Part shown: one piece after another, positions 18,744 to 27,972 of the stretch
How the letters are laid out: each line of letters starts with the position of its first letter
Position numbering within the stretch: position 1 is the stretch's first letter
IMG/VR virus record: IMGVR_UViG_3300014913_001316
Direction: 5' to 3' (one strand)
Length of the DNA: 62,933 bases
Origin: a virus
Program-made: the position numbers and the translations under genes
Notes under the pieces: model-generated
What the model was told of the DNA's origin: nothing
Databases searched by the model: none
Seen by the model: only the letters and a program-made list of their open reading frames with translations

Positions 18744-19581
18744 CAGGTGATTGTTTTTCAGCAGGTGTTAAGTTTTTTAACAGGTTTATTATTTCTTCTT
18801 TCATCTTCCGTACATCTGTTTTTGTAGCATACTCTGTAAAACTACCTGCTCCTATCTCATCTAGTTTCTTTTTAGCCTCTGCTTGTTTCGTTGCAGCTTC
18901 TACAATTACATCAGCACTGTCTTTACCAAGTAGTTCTCCTCTCTTGCTTGCTCCTTTCATTTTTTCCTCGAGATATCCTTCTTCTTCAAGGCGTTCAGTG
19001 TATCTCTCTTTCAACATGTTTTTATAGTATTCAGCACGGTTTTCAGCGAGAGAAAGCCGCATTAAAAGGTTTGATACTTTTTCACGTAAAGATTTAGCTT
19101 CGCTACCATATGCTTCTGCTTCGCTTTGATGATGTTCTCGTTTTTTAATCTCCGCCTGCAACCGGTTGTTTAAATCTCGTATAATCCTGTTTTTTTCTTT
19201 AATTTCATCAAGCCTGTCTTTGATTTCATTAACCGTATGAGGATTAAGGAAATATTGAAAGTTTTCATCATCGTCATCATCGAGACTTGAAGAAGAACGA
19301 GCTGTTACCACTATGAAATCGTTTTTCATCTGTATAATATCTTCTAATTCCCCTGTTCTCTTGTTTTTTCTATCCAAGGGTTCTTCAAATTTTTTTCCAT
19401 CAACGGTTATTCCTCTAGCCCATAACCTCATAACTCCCCATGAGTGGTCGTATTTATGTAAAACCTTAGTAATTATGCCTACAAGTTCCATTCCTCTAGC
19501 TCGTACTAAAAATAAAAAAGGTGATTCACGAAATGGTTCAAGCTGACTAGCAATAGTTGAAAGAAGTTTTTTTTCATTCAT
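18721..19581 (-). CDS. Beta-rich N-terminal domain plus long coiled coil
   Basis: Heptad pattern over about residues 115-245. Confidence 0.65.
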   Translation of the reverse strand: MNEKKLLSTIASQLEPFRESPFLFLVRARGMELVGIITKVLHKYDHSWGVMRLWARGITVDGKKFEEPLDRKNKRTGELEDIIQMKNDFIVVTARSSSSLDDDDDENFQYFLNPHTVNEIKDRLDEIKEKNRIIRDLNNRLQAEIKKREHHQSEAEAYGSEAKSLREKVSNLLMRLSLAENRAEYYKNMLKERYTERLEEEGYLEEKMKGASKRGELLGKDSADVIVEAATKQAEAKKKLDEIGAGSFTEYATKTDVRKMKEEIINLLKNLTPAEKQSPGEEHGEP

Positions 19582-19591
19582 AATTTTTTCC

Positions 19592-19807
19592 CTATCTCTC
19601 CACCATTCGGTTGAGGGAGTTAACTATTTCAATAGTAACTTTTTGAATACGTACTCCTGGTTGGTTGTCTTTAATAAACATCAAGTGGTCGTTATCTTTT
19701 ATGTTTAAAATATCCCTGACTGCTTTGGGGAAAGTTATCCGTTTTCTTGATTTAACTTGTATAATTTTTATAATGGTTTCTTTTGGCTGTTCAACCATAT
19801 AAATCAT
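19592..19807 (-). CDS. AbrB/MazE/SpoVT-family DNA-binding protein
   Basis: QVKSRKRITFPKAVRDILNIKDNDHLMF. Confidence 0.8.
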   Translation of the reverse strand: MIYMVEQPKETIIKIIQVKSRKRITFPKAVRDILNIKDNDHLMFIKDNQPGVRIQKVTIEIVNSLNRMVER

Positions 19808-19825
19808 ATCGGAATGTGTTTTTTG

Positions 19826-19873
19826 CTTTTAATATTTTTCCCATTTTTCCCATTTTTCACAATGTTTTTAAAA
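19826..19873. promoter_or_regulatory. Divergent promoter (AbrB / radical SAM) with CCC-N6-CCC
   Basis: CCC at 19840-42 and 19849-51; TATA-like boxes on both sides. Confidence 0.6.
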
Positions 19874-19902
19874 CCAAACGATATTACAAAGCTGGTGATG
19901 GT

Positions 19903-20862
19903 TTGGAGTTAAAAGAGTTAGTGATATATTTATCAAATGAATGTAATCTCAGATGTAAACACTGTTTCGTTAATCAGAGAGAAACGCAATCGTTAACATT
20001 AGATGATTTAGAATGGGTAAGGAAGACTTTTAAACCTAAAAAAACTATTCTTCTTGGCGGTGAACCTTTACTATATGAGCATCTTGAAACTGTTTTTAAA
20101 ATGTTTCCTAATATCCAGATTAGCACTAATGGTTTGTTGATTGAGAAGAATCTCAGGCTTCTGAGGAAATATAATGTTGTTTCTCAACTATCGATAGAAG
20201 GGGGTGAGAAAGAAACTGATTCTATACGAGGGTTAGGTGTTTGGGATAAAGTCATGGAGAGTGCTAAGTTACTTCAAAGATATAAACTTGAGTTTTATTT
20301 CCGTGTAGGGTATCATTTTGGTAATTTGAAAATGCTTGATGAAGTGTTTGATACTGCTAAAAAGTTTAAAGCGAGAGTTGTTTTGTTTCCACGAATTGAT
20401 TTACCGCCGTTGTCTACTCAGCTTCAGGAGGAATTATTTGAGTATGCTTTAAACATGAATAGTGTTGTTGCTCAGCCTCATTTTTTTAGATACTGTGGTA
20501 AAGAAGGGCGTTGTGGTGCTGGTAGTGAACGGCTTAACATATTTTATGATAAACGTATTACTCCTTGTAACCTTGACCTTGATTATACCATTGGTAGAAT
20601 CGGGGATGATGAGGAAAGTATAAAGCGAAATATCAAGATTTATTTGGAAGAGTATAAAGTTCCACCTGTTGAATGCACTGGGTGTAAATATAGTAGTAGT
20701 TGCAGAGGCAGTTGTTACGTTGCCAGGTCATACTTGGGGTGTCCTCTTAGGTTGAATCATAGCCTTGAGGATTATATTGTTACTAACCGTCTTGATGCTG
20801 AAAAAGTGCATAAACAGGTTGATGTTAATACTGATTTCATTAAAAGCGTCATAGTATGCTAA
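19903..20862 (+). CDS. Radical SAM enzyme with SPASM domain
   Basis: CNLRCKHC (CxxxCxxC), GGEPLL, STNG; SPASM CGAG...ITPC...CTGCKYSSSCRGSC. TTG start at 19903 after a GGTGA SD (track 19783). Confidence 0.9.
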   Translation: MELKELVIYLSNECNLRCKHCFVNQRETQSLTLDDLEWVRKTFKPKKTILLGGEPLLYEHLETVFKMFPNIQISTNGLLIEKNLRLLRKYNVVSQLSIEGGEKETDSIRGLGVWDKVMESAKLLQRYKLEFYFRVGYHFGNLKMLDEVFDTAKKFKARVVLFPRIDLPPLSTQLQEELFEYALNMNSVVAQPHFFRYCGKEGRCGAGSERLNIFYDKRITPCNLDLDYTIGRIGDDEESIKRNIKIYLEEYKVPPVECTGCKYSSSCRGSCYVARSYLGCPLRLNHSLEDYIVTNRLDAEKVHKQVDVNTDFIKSVIVC

Positions 20863-21370
20863 AGTATTTTACTCCTAAGACTAATGCACCGAGTAAACTC
20901 ATAATTCCCATAGCTTGAGTAGCTGAAATCGATATAGATAAACTAGGTGGAGTGGGTAGATTCGGTTGTACGTCTAAGGTTTCTGTATCATCTACTACGT
21001 TGTCATGTCCTACTTCTGCTTTTACTTTGAACGTAGTGGTTTGGTCTGTTACTACTGTAAAGATAAAAGTAGCTCCTTTGTTTGCAGGGAAATATAACGT
21101 TCTGTATCCTATTTCTTCTCCTGTGTCTCTGTTTATCAGACGGCAGAATAGAGTTCCTTTTTCACCATCATTCCATGTTAATACTCGTATTGTGAATTCT
21201 TCTCCTGGTGTGAACTGTTCTGGTACGCTTAACATGTTTTTTATTCTACCTATTGGTGTACCAGTAGCAGTGGTAATTATTCTATTTTCTTCCCAAACTG
21301 GTGAAAAAAAGAATACTACTCCTATTACTAGCAATACTAGCATTAAAATAAGATAGTTTTCTTTTTTCAT
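20849..21370 (-). CDS. Double-anchored membrane protein (N-TM, Ig/CARDB-like domain, C-TM)
   Basis: C-terminal PPSLSIS...LLGALVLGVKY shared with the 43821 gene. Confidence 0.7.
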   Translation of the reverse strand: MKKENYLILMLVLLVIGVVFFFSPVWEENRIITTATGTPIGRIKNMLSVPEQFTPGEEFTIRVLTWNDGEKGTLFCRLINRDTGEEIGYRTLYFPANKGATFIFTVVTDQTTTFKVKAEVGHDNVVDDTETLDVQPNLPTPPSLSISISATQAMGIMSLLGALVLGVKYFSIL

Positions 21371-21377
21371 AATTTCC

Positions 21378-21749
21378 TCAACTCATTAATGGTGAAGCAG
21401 TTATAATCATCATAAGCCCTGCTCCGAAGATGTATCCTTGTGCTGGTCCGAGTGTACGTAATACCTCCCCTAGTTTACCTGTGGCTTTACTATAGTAACT
21501 ACCGATGAAACTTAGAGTAACTAAAGATAGTCCTATTATAATATTTATAGGGTAGGAGAAGATAAAGTTTTTAAGGTCTTCAGCAAACTTTGAGAGTTTT
21601 TCATAGAACGAGGCGTTTTGTGGTTGAAAAGTTGTTTGTTTTATTGTTGTTTCATAACTAGGTGGGCTTAAAAAAGATAAAAATAAAACAAAAAAAAGAA
21701 TTAGGGATGCCCCTAACAATATTTGTATAGTTTTATCTAAACGCTGCAA
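21378..21749 (-). CDS. Multi-pass membrane protein (about 3 TM)
   Basis: Three hydrophobic segments. Confidence 0.65.
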   Translation of the reverse strand: MQRLDKTIQILLGASLILFFVLFLSFLSPPSYETTIKQTTFQPQNASFYEKLSKFAEDLKNFIFSYPINIIIGLSLVTLSFIGSYYSKATGKLGEVLRTLGPAQGYIFGAGLMMIITASPLMS

Positions 21750-21775
21750 GAAGGCTCACCTATTAGTTTTGAATT

Positions 21776-22201
21776 TTAGTCTTCAAGTATGCCTAGTTCC
21801 CATCCTGGATATTTTATCTCTGGTTTAACTGCGATGATGGTGTCTTTGTGGAATAACGATGCAAGTAGTATCAGTTGTAACGCGAAGACTATTACTCCTG
21901 CTGGTGTGAGAACAATGGACAGTATGCCTAAGACTACTCCTATCATGTTTAGAACTACTGCTACTAACCAAGCGTTTTTATCGAGATTCCAGAGATATAT
22001 CGCCAATACTAGGTAGACTATAGCCAATGCGAATAAGAAAACAGATACACCGGCTGTGAACGAAACTAAAGGAAAAATGTCTGTGATTATTCCCTGGCTT
22101 GTTAAGATACCTAGTACCCCAAAAAGGCTAGTAACTCCAGCGATGGCGAACATTATAACGTTTAATACTATGCCCCATGGTTTGTTTATATTTATCACCA
22201 A
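21776..22201 (-). CDS. Four-TM membrane protein
   Basis: KPWGIV...LWNLDKNAWLVAVVL pattern typical of small archaeal 4-TM proteins. Confidence 0.7.
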   Translation of the reverse strand: MVININKPWGIVLNVIMFAIAGVTSLFGVLGILTSQGIITDIFPLVSFTAGVSVFLFALAIVYLVLAIYLWNLDKNAWLVAVVLNMIGVVLGILSIVLTPAGVIVFALQLILLASLFHKDTIIAVKPEIKYPGWELGILED

Positions 22202-22220
22202 CTCTTAGAACCAGTTTTTT

Positions 22221-22257
22221 GGATATAAGTTTTACTGGTTTAAATGGGAAAAAAGGG
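22221..22257 (-). promoter_or_regulatory. Promoter: CCC-N6-CCC, ACCAGTAAAAC, TTATAT
   Basis: + strand GGG at 22246-48 and 22255-57, gttttactggt at 22229-39. Confidence 0.6.
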
Positions 22258-22325
22258 AAAATATCGGGAGGAAAGAAAACCTTTGGAGGCATGCTGTGTA
22301 GCAGATTCTGCCTAAGTTTTTTTCC

Positions 22326-22952
22326 TTATCCCGTGTCCCTTTCTTCTCCTTCTTCCTCTTTTTCTTTCTCTCCTTTCTCTTCTTTTTCTTCTTTTTCTTT
22401 TTCCTCTTCTTTCTTTTCTTCACGTTTCCATAAGATGAATAAGAGTAAGAAGGCTATGAAGAAACATATGAAATACATTGGGATTTTTATTCTTTCAAAA
22501 AATGATGGTCTTGGTGGGATTGATACGGCTACTGGGACTGGTAGCTCGTATACTTTTTCACCCATGATGATGTTTGCTTGGCTATATTCTTGTGAATAAA
22601 AAGATACTGCGAAAGACCATGCTCTGTAGAAATAATGTGTGTTTACAGTTGTGCTGGTATCAATACATGTTTCTCCTGTTCCATTGTATATTACTATCCC
22701 ATCATGTATGTTCTGGGGGTATGAACCTGTTTTTCTAACTATGTATGTGGTTTCAGCGTTTTCTCCTTTCTCCCATTTTAAATCTACCATTGTTGTTGAA
22801 TCGTGTCGTTTTGCGGTTAAATGTTTAGGTGCACCAAGTACGCCGATGATGATGTTCATGTTGTCATCTGCTGCTATGGTTAAGGGTGAAAATAACGTTA
22901 GAGTTAACGTTAAAAGAAATATTATTGATACCAGGGTTTTTTTATTCGCCAT
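22326..22952 (-). CDS. Secreted FN3-domain protein with C-terminal TM and E/K-rich tail
   Basis: GAPKHLTA...VDLKW...TGSYP...DG..IYNGTG...YFYRAWS; tail KREEKKEEEKEKEE. Confidence 0.75.
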   Translation of the reverse strand: MANKKTLVSIIFLLTLTLTLFSPLTIAADDNMNIIIGVLGAPKHLTAKRHDSTTMVDLKWEKGENAETTYIVRKTGSYPQNIHDGIVIYNGTGETCIDTSTTVNTHYFYRAWSFAVSFYSQEYSQANIIMGEKVYELPVPVAVSIPPRPSFFERIKIPMYFICFFIAFLLLFILWKREEKKEEEKEKEEKEEKGEKEKEEEGEERDTG

Positions 22953-23938
22953 ACCACCACGCTTATAATAAATATAATGATGATTGTTATTAAAAAATAT
23001 ATTGCTGGTAGTATCGGTATGGATAACCCTGTTGTTTCTGGTATTCCTGATACTATAGTTATTGTATCTGAGAGGTAGTTTTCACCTGTTGCTGTAAGTT
23101 CGTATTCATAGTCGAAACGTGTCTCTGGCATCCTGAAAACAACTGTTCCTTTTTCATTCAAGGGTTTTGTTTCGCCATTGAATGTTACTTCTACGTTTGT
23201 TGGTATTTTTGTCCATGACTTGTCTGGTGGTCCGTATACAACTTTTACTGTGAAGTTTGTTCCTTTTTTTACTTTATGCGGGGCTGATATGTGTAATGGA
23301 AATTTAAAATCTATAAAGAGTTTTATTATAACTCCGCCCATCATACCCATTGGTTTATCGGTGTCTTCTTGAAGTGTGCCTCGTATGTGTAACTCCCAGT
23401 GTTTATTTTCGTTTTCTTTGATATAGCTATGTGTTGCATCATAGAGTACGTCTATGGAGCATGTTCCTCTTGGCTGTATTTTTTCAACTGTTCTCCAAGT
23501 ATAGTCTCCTATTTTTTGCAGGTGAAAGTTTTTACTGCCTTTTAAAGAGATGAAACGTAGTTCATCTCGAGGTATTGGTTCGTAAAAAACTAACTGGTTT
23601 GAATGGCAGTGGGGGCATTCTCCTATGAGTGGGTCTCCATACTGGTATCCAGGTATTGCTTCATATCTCTGTCCTTTCCAACCACATGTTTTACAGGTTA
23701 CTCTGCAGTGTATCATTTCAGTTGGTACTGGTTCAAATGTTTTGTTGTTAGAATATGGTTTCATAACTGTGAAAACACCATATTTTGGTGTATCTCCCCC
23801 GTTTATAAGGGTTGCTTGTGATATTTTTATTGTTTCTTTGTTACTGGTGTAAATATCTGCTGGTCCAAAACCGATTAAACTAGCTGATGCTGAGGTGGAA
23901 AACAGGGTGAGTATTAGTAGGATACATATTTTTTTCAT
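22922..23938 (-). CDS. Secreted, C-terminally anchored protein with internal CxxC...CxxC
   Basis: Signal peptide ending ASA, CKTC...CPHC, C-terminal TM. Confidence 0.7.
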   Translation of the reverse strand: MKKICILLILTLFSTSASASLIGFGPADIYTSNKETIKISQATLINGGDTPKYGVFTVMKPYSNNKTFEPVPTEMIHCRVTCKTCGWKGQRYEAIPGYQYGDPLIGECPHCHSNQLVFYEPIPRDELRFISLKGSKNFHLQKIGDYTWRTVEKIQPRGTCSIDVLYDATHSYIKENENKHWELHIRGTLQEDTDKPMGMMGGVIIKLFIDFKFPLHISAPHKVKKGTNFTVKVVYGPPDKSWTKIPTNVEVTFNGETKPLNEKGTVVFRMPETRFDYEYELTATGENYLSDTITIVSGIPETTGLSIPILPAIYFLITIIIIFIISVVVWRIKKPWYQ

Positions 23939-23949
23939 TTTTTTTTCAC

Positions 23950-26484
23950 CTAATGTTTTGCTAATGTTGCTGTTATGGTAATAGTTTGTTGGTCTCCAGT
24001 GGTAGAGGAAGTAGGTGAGTCGAATCTTAAATCAAATGTTTGGTTTTGAGTAGGGGGGATGTTGCTTGCTATTACTGTATCGCTTGCTGTAACAATCTGA
24101 TGTTCTGTACTCCAGCTATCACTACTAGCGTTGAGACGGTAAACATCTGCCCCTGGACCGTTACCACTTGTTGCAGCACTCCAATCCGCTGCATCACTGG
24201 TAATCTGAAGACTTAAATCAGTATAGACTGTGCAGTTGTCTTTTACACAGGTGAACGTGTTTGATGAGTTGGTCCAGTAGCTTGCACCCATCTGTACTGT
24301 ACCAATGTTCCATTGCGTAGGTGTTATCTCCATCCATATGTATTCTCCTGTTGGGTAGTCTAAATAGTCGTTTGGGTCTGTATTGTTTCCTATTTCACTA
24401 TTGTCACTGTATCCATCATTATCTGTATCCGATAGGAATGGGTTGGTGTAGTATGTGAATAGTTCTTGGTAATCATTTAAACCATCACTATCTGTATCAT
24501 ATTTTTTTAATACTGTATCAGATGGTATGTTGAAAAGTACGAAGGATGTGAATGAACGGTTTGAAATTACTCGTGGGTAGCTCCCGTATGCTTTTAAACC
24601 GCATATCTCGTATACGTTGTTATCTGTAATTGTTACTGGGTTGGATAAACTAATTTTTTGACAGGATAGATTATATGTATACCCTCCATAAGATATAGAT
24701 GTCCCTGATATAGGTGAGGGAGTATAACCATCTGTTACTGTGTTGTCTAGTTTTGCTCTGCTTTTGTTCCACCCAGCACTGGTCCAAAAGGATACGTTCC
24801 ACCAGAAATGCTGGTAGATGTTTTTTAAAGTTATAGATGGTATTGATATGCTTTCATCAAACCAGTATCCAAGAAAAACACTACAATATCTTGTATGGAC
24901 TGTATCTGTCGGTGTATCTTTTAAAAGATAACCTGTGTCAGTAGTTGCCCCATCTATACCTTGGTCATGATGTAGTATATCATGTAGTTTATGGTTATCT
25001 ACTGCACTTTTGGAGTAACTTGCTTCGTAGCAGTAGAATGGTTTATAGTTAAAATTTGCACTGTTTTCTTTTCCTTTTAAATACACATATCTTCTTGTTT
25101 GTTGAGTATTTGTATCTGTTTTATTCCATGCTGTAGAGTTTTTAGCATATGAGCCGTTAACATATATATCAAAAGAGTATTTTTTATCAGATGCTACTGT
25201 TATATTACCGCTTGTGTTGAATTCATACCAGTCTTTAGTTGTATGAGTAAAATAGTATGTCCAGTTTGTCCATGTATTGTCTTCCTTCCATTGTAACCAG
25301 ATATGGTTATTTGGCAACTCTGTAACAACTCCTGTAACTGTAAGGTTTATATATATAAATGTTTCACTCTGGATGGAATCATTTGTATAGTACCCATTTA
25401 AAGCATAAGGTCCGCCTGTGGAATCATTATCTGCTGGTGGTACACAATATGGTCCTCCTAAGTCGCCTAAATTGCCAGCGAAATTGATTTGTATCTCTGG
25501 TGTCGGAGCAGAAGAAGCGTGAGAATAAGCGTACAATCCATTACCAGCAACATCTACAAAGATGTTAGTTGAATCGCCCCATAAACCTGTGTACTCTCCA
25601 CCTTGGTCATCTGTATCTAAAAGGTCAAGAGAGACTGGAATACCAGACGTATCAAGCCAATAAGCTCGTAAACCATCTGCACCACATGCTGCATAAATAT
25701 ATGTTCCATCACCCCATACGTCATGATATGTACCACCGTCATCTCTATATGTAACTCTCGTAAAACTAGGGGGAAAACCGCTTAGCTTATAACAAGAAAT
25801 CCCACTTGTACCCTGAGCTGTATAAATATATGTTCCATCGCCCCATACGCCTTCATAATATCCGCCATTATCTATCGTATCCACAACATATAACGTACCG
25901 CTGTAGAGCCGATAGGCTCGTAAACCCGCTGTACCGCAGGCTACATAGATATACGTTCCGTCATACCATACGTCTTGGTAGCTACCGCTTTGGTAATCCG
26001 AGTCTATCAAACTATAGCCAAATATTGAATACTGGTATACTCTAAGACCACTACCAGCACAGGCTACATAAAGATAACCATCTCCACCATATAAATCCAT
26101 GTATGCCCCTCCATCGTCTCTACTGGCTTTTAAAGTAAAACCAGTTGTATCACTATAACTATATCCATGGATACCATCTGTGCTATCCGCAGTATGCACC
26201 ACTTTACCATCATAGTAGACTCCTCTATGCGTATAAGAATCAGAAGTATTATATAGCCTAAACAATGATTTGTCAAACATGTAAGCATTAAGTGCTTGTT
26301 CATTCACTGTAAAAATACGGCGGTTGCCATCTATTGTTGCTACATACGAGTCGTAATAGTATCCCCCATCGTCTCTAACATCCTCTATTATCAAATAAAG
26401 AGTAGGAGTAGCAGAAACTAAAGGTACAGGTATCAAAGAGAGTAGTAGTAGAGAAAAAAATAATGTTATAGTTATCTGTTTCAT
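23950..26484 (-). CDS. Putative tip adhesin: LVIVD-type beta-propeller, Ca-binding DxDxDG repeats and C-terminal pilin-like domain
   Basis: Repeats DDGGxYxDVWxDGTYIYxACGxxGLRAY; DTDSDGLNDYQE/DTDNDGYSD; last about 130 aa homologous to the 27419 gene. Confidence 0.75.
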   Translation of the reverse strand: MKQITITLFFSLLLLSLIPVPLVSATPTLYLIIEDVRDDGGYYYDSYVATIDGNRRIFTVNEQALNAYMFDKSLFRLYNTSDSYTHRGVYYDGKVVHTADSTDGIHGYSYSDTTGFTLKASRDDGGAYMDLYGGDGYLYVACAGSGLRVYQYSIFGYSLIDSDYQSGSYQDVWYDGTYIYVACGTAGLRAYRLYSGTLYVVDTIDNGGYYEGVWGDGTYIYTAQGTSGISCYKLSGFPPSFTRVTYRDDGGTYHDVWGDGTYIYAACGADGLRAYWLDTSGIPVSLDLLDTDDQGGEYTGLWGDSTNIFVDVAGNGLYAYSHASSAPTPEIQINFAGNLGDLGGPYCVPPADNDSTGGPYALNGYYTNDSIQSETFIYINLTVTGVVTELPNNHIWLQWKEDNTWTNWTYYFTHTTKDWYEFNTSGNITVASDKKYSFDIYVNGSYAKNSTAWNKTDTNTQQTRRYVYLKGKENSANFNYKPFYCYEASYSKSAVDNHKLHDILHHDQGIDGATTDTGYLLKDTPTDTVHTRYCSVFLGYWFDESISIPSITLKNIYQHFWWNVSFWTSAGWNKSRAKLDNTVTDGYTPSPISGTSISYGGYTYNLSCQKISLSNPVTITDNNVYEICGLKAYGSYPRVISNRSFTSFVLFNIPSDTVLKKYDTDSDGLNDYQELFTYYTNPFLSDTDNDGYSDNSEIGNNTDPNDYLDYPTGEYIWMEITPTQWNIGTVQMGASYWTNSSNTFTCVKDNCTVYTDLSLQITSDAADWSAATSGNGPGADVYRLNASSDSWSTEHQIVTASDTVIASNIPPTQNQTFDLRFDSPTSSTTGDQQTITITATLAKH
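23952..24213. repeat. 262-bp direct repeat, copy 1 (copy 2 at 27421-27682)
   Basis: Near-identical DNA encoding the shared C-terminal domain. Confidence 0.9.
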
Positions 26485-27392
26485 AATTTTGAAATAGAAT
26501 ACGGGTTGATAATATTTTTCAAAGAATAAACACGAAGCCCGTTGTTGTCACATGCTGTAAAAATGTGTGAAGAATTAGAAGTAGATGCCCAGTATATGCC
26601 ACCATCATATGCTTCTGCTACAAGATGTAGTGTTTTTGTGTAAACTTTTAAACCTTTTTTCCCGCAGCTAGCGTATATATATTTCGCATCAGTGTATACG
26701 TCATGGTACACACCACCATCATATCTCTGTTTAACACCCTCTGGAGTATACATTACCAGCCCATCTGTTGAACATGCACAGTATATTCCATCATCATCTC
26801 CATATATGCCTAAATAATATCTTCCATCGTTAATGTTATACTGGAAATGCAACCGTATACCATCAAAATATAACACGTTTAATCCTTCGCTACCTGAAGC
26901 AGTGTAAACTCGTTGGTTTTTACTCCATACGTCAAGGCATCTAATAGGGTAACTATCAAGTAAGGTAAGGGTTTTTGTATAAACTTTTAAAGAATTAACA
27001 CAGGCTACATAAACATAGTTGTCATCTACAAAAACTTTGTTGTAGAAATCTGTACCGTCTTTAGATTCAGCGGCTAAATGTAACTTGTTTTCTTTAAAAG
27101 AATAAGCTCTAACTCCTTGATAACCGCATGCTGTATAAACTATATTGTTTTTATAAAAAACTCCTCTGTATAATCCTCCATCGTCTATAGTATCTAGTAA
27201 AATTAGTTTCTCTGAAAAAAGATAAACTCGTAAACCATCATCATCACATGCTGTAAAAACTATGTTGTTGTTACATGATACGTCATAGTAGTATCCACCA
27301 TGGTACGCCTCTGCATTCAACTCCAGATATGGTGTTACTGAGGAGACTGGAGTTAAAAAAAACATTATACCTATCAACAATATCTTTTTCAT
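26481..27392 (-). CDS. Secreted LVIVD-like beta-propeller protein
   Basis: Repeated DGGxYxxV..VYTACGxxGLRVY blades, paralogous to the N-terminal part of 23950. Confidence 0.75.
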   Translation of the reverse strand: MKKILLIGIMFFLTPVSSVTPYLELNAEAYHGGYYYDVSCNNNIVFTACDDDGLRVYLFSEKLILLDTIDDGGLYRGVFYKNNIVYTACGYQGVRAYSFKENKLHLAAESKDGTDFYNKVFVDDNYVYVACVNSLKVYTKTLTLLDSYPIRCLDVWSKNQRVYTASGSEGLNVLYFDGIRLHFQYNINDGRYYLGIYGDDDGIYCACSTDGLVMYTPEGVKQRYDGGVYHDVYTDAKYIYASCGKKGLKVYTKTLHLVAEAYDGGIYWASTSNSSHIFTACDNNGLRVYSLKNIINPYSISKL

Positions 27393-27418
27393 AAAACAAG
27401 TAATATTTTTATTATTTT

Positions 27419-27946
27419 TTAATGTTTTGCTAATGTTGCTGTTATGGTGATAGTTTGTTGGTCTCCAGTGCTTGTAGACGTGGGTGCATCGAAACGAGTA
27501 TCAAATGTCTGGTTGTTACCTGCTGGTATGTTGCTTGCTATTACTGTATCGCTTGCTGTAACAATCTGATGCTCTGTACTCCAGCTATCACTACTAGCGT
27601 TGAGACGGTAAACATCTGCCCCTGGACCGTTACCACTCGTAGCAGCACTCCAATCCGCTGCATCATTCGTAATCTGAAGACTAAGGTCTGTGTTTACAGA
27701 AGTATTGTCTAAATCTGCAATCCATGTAACTCCTGTTTCATTAGTCCAATGATGACTACCCATTGCTACAACTCCTAAGTTCCATGAAGTATTAGTAATG
27801 TTGATGTATAAATACTCTCCTTGTACTATTATGTCGAAAGTATCCGTAGTAGCTGCTGATACTTGAGGTGGATGAAGGGGATAAAATGTTAAACTAGTTA
27901 AAATTAGAAAGACCAATGTAATCTTTAACAGAATAGTTTTTTGCAT
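27419..27946 (-). CDS. Secreted single-domain pilin/fimbrillin-like protein (candidate fibre shaft subunit)
   Basis: Signal peptide ending VSA, 11-aa N-terminal strand ATTDTFDIIVQ, beta-sandwich ending TITITATLAKH; own promoter. Confidence 0.65.
   Translation of the reverse strand: MQKTILLKITLVFLILTSLTFYPLHPPQVSAATTDTFDIIVQGEYLYINITNTSWNLGVVAMGSHHWTNETGVTWIADLDNTSVNTDLSLQITNDAADWSAATSGNGPGADVYRLNASSDSWSTEHQIVTASDTVIASNIPAGNNQTFDTRFDAPTSTSTGDQQTITITATLAKH
27421..27682. repeat. 262-bp direct repeat, copy 2
   Basis: See 23952-24213. Confidence 0.9.
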
Positions 27947-27972
27947 TCTAAAAAACAGTATAGAAATAAAAT

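Noticed and set aside
22232-22423. Poly-Lys ORF as a protamine-like protein
   Set aside because: It is the alternative frame of the E/K-rich tail of the 22326 gene and runs through a promoter region.
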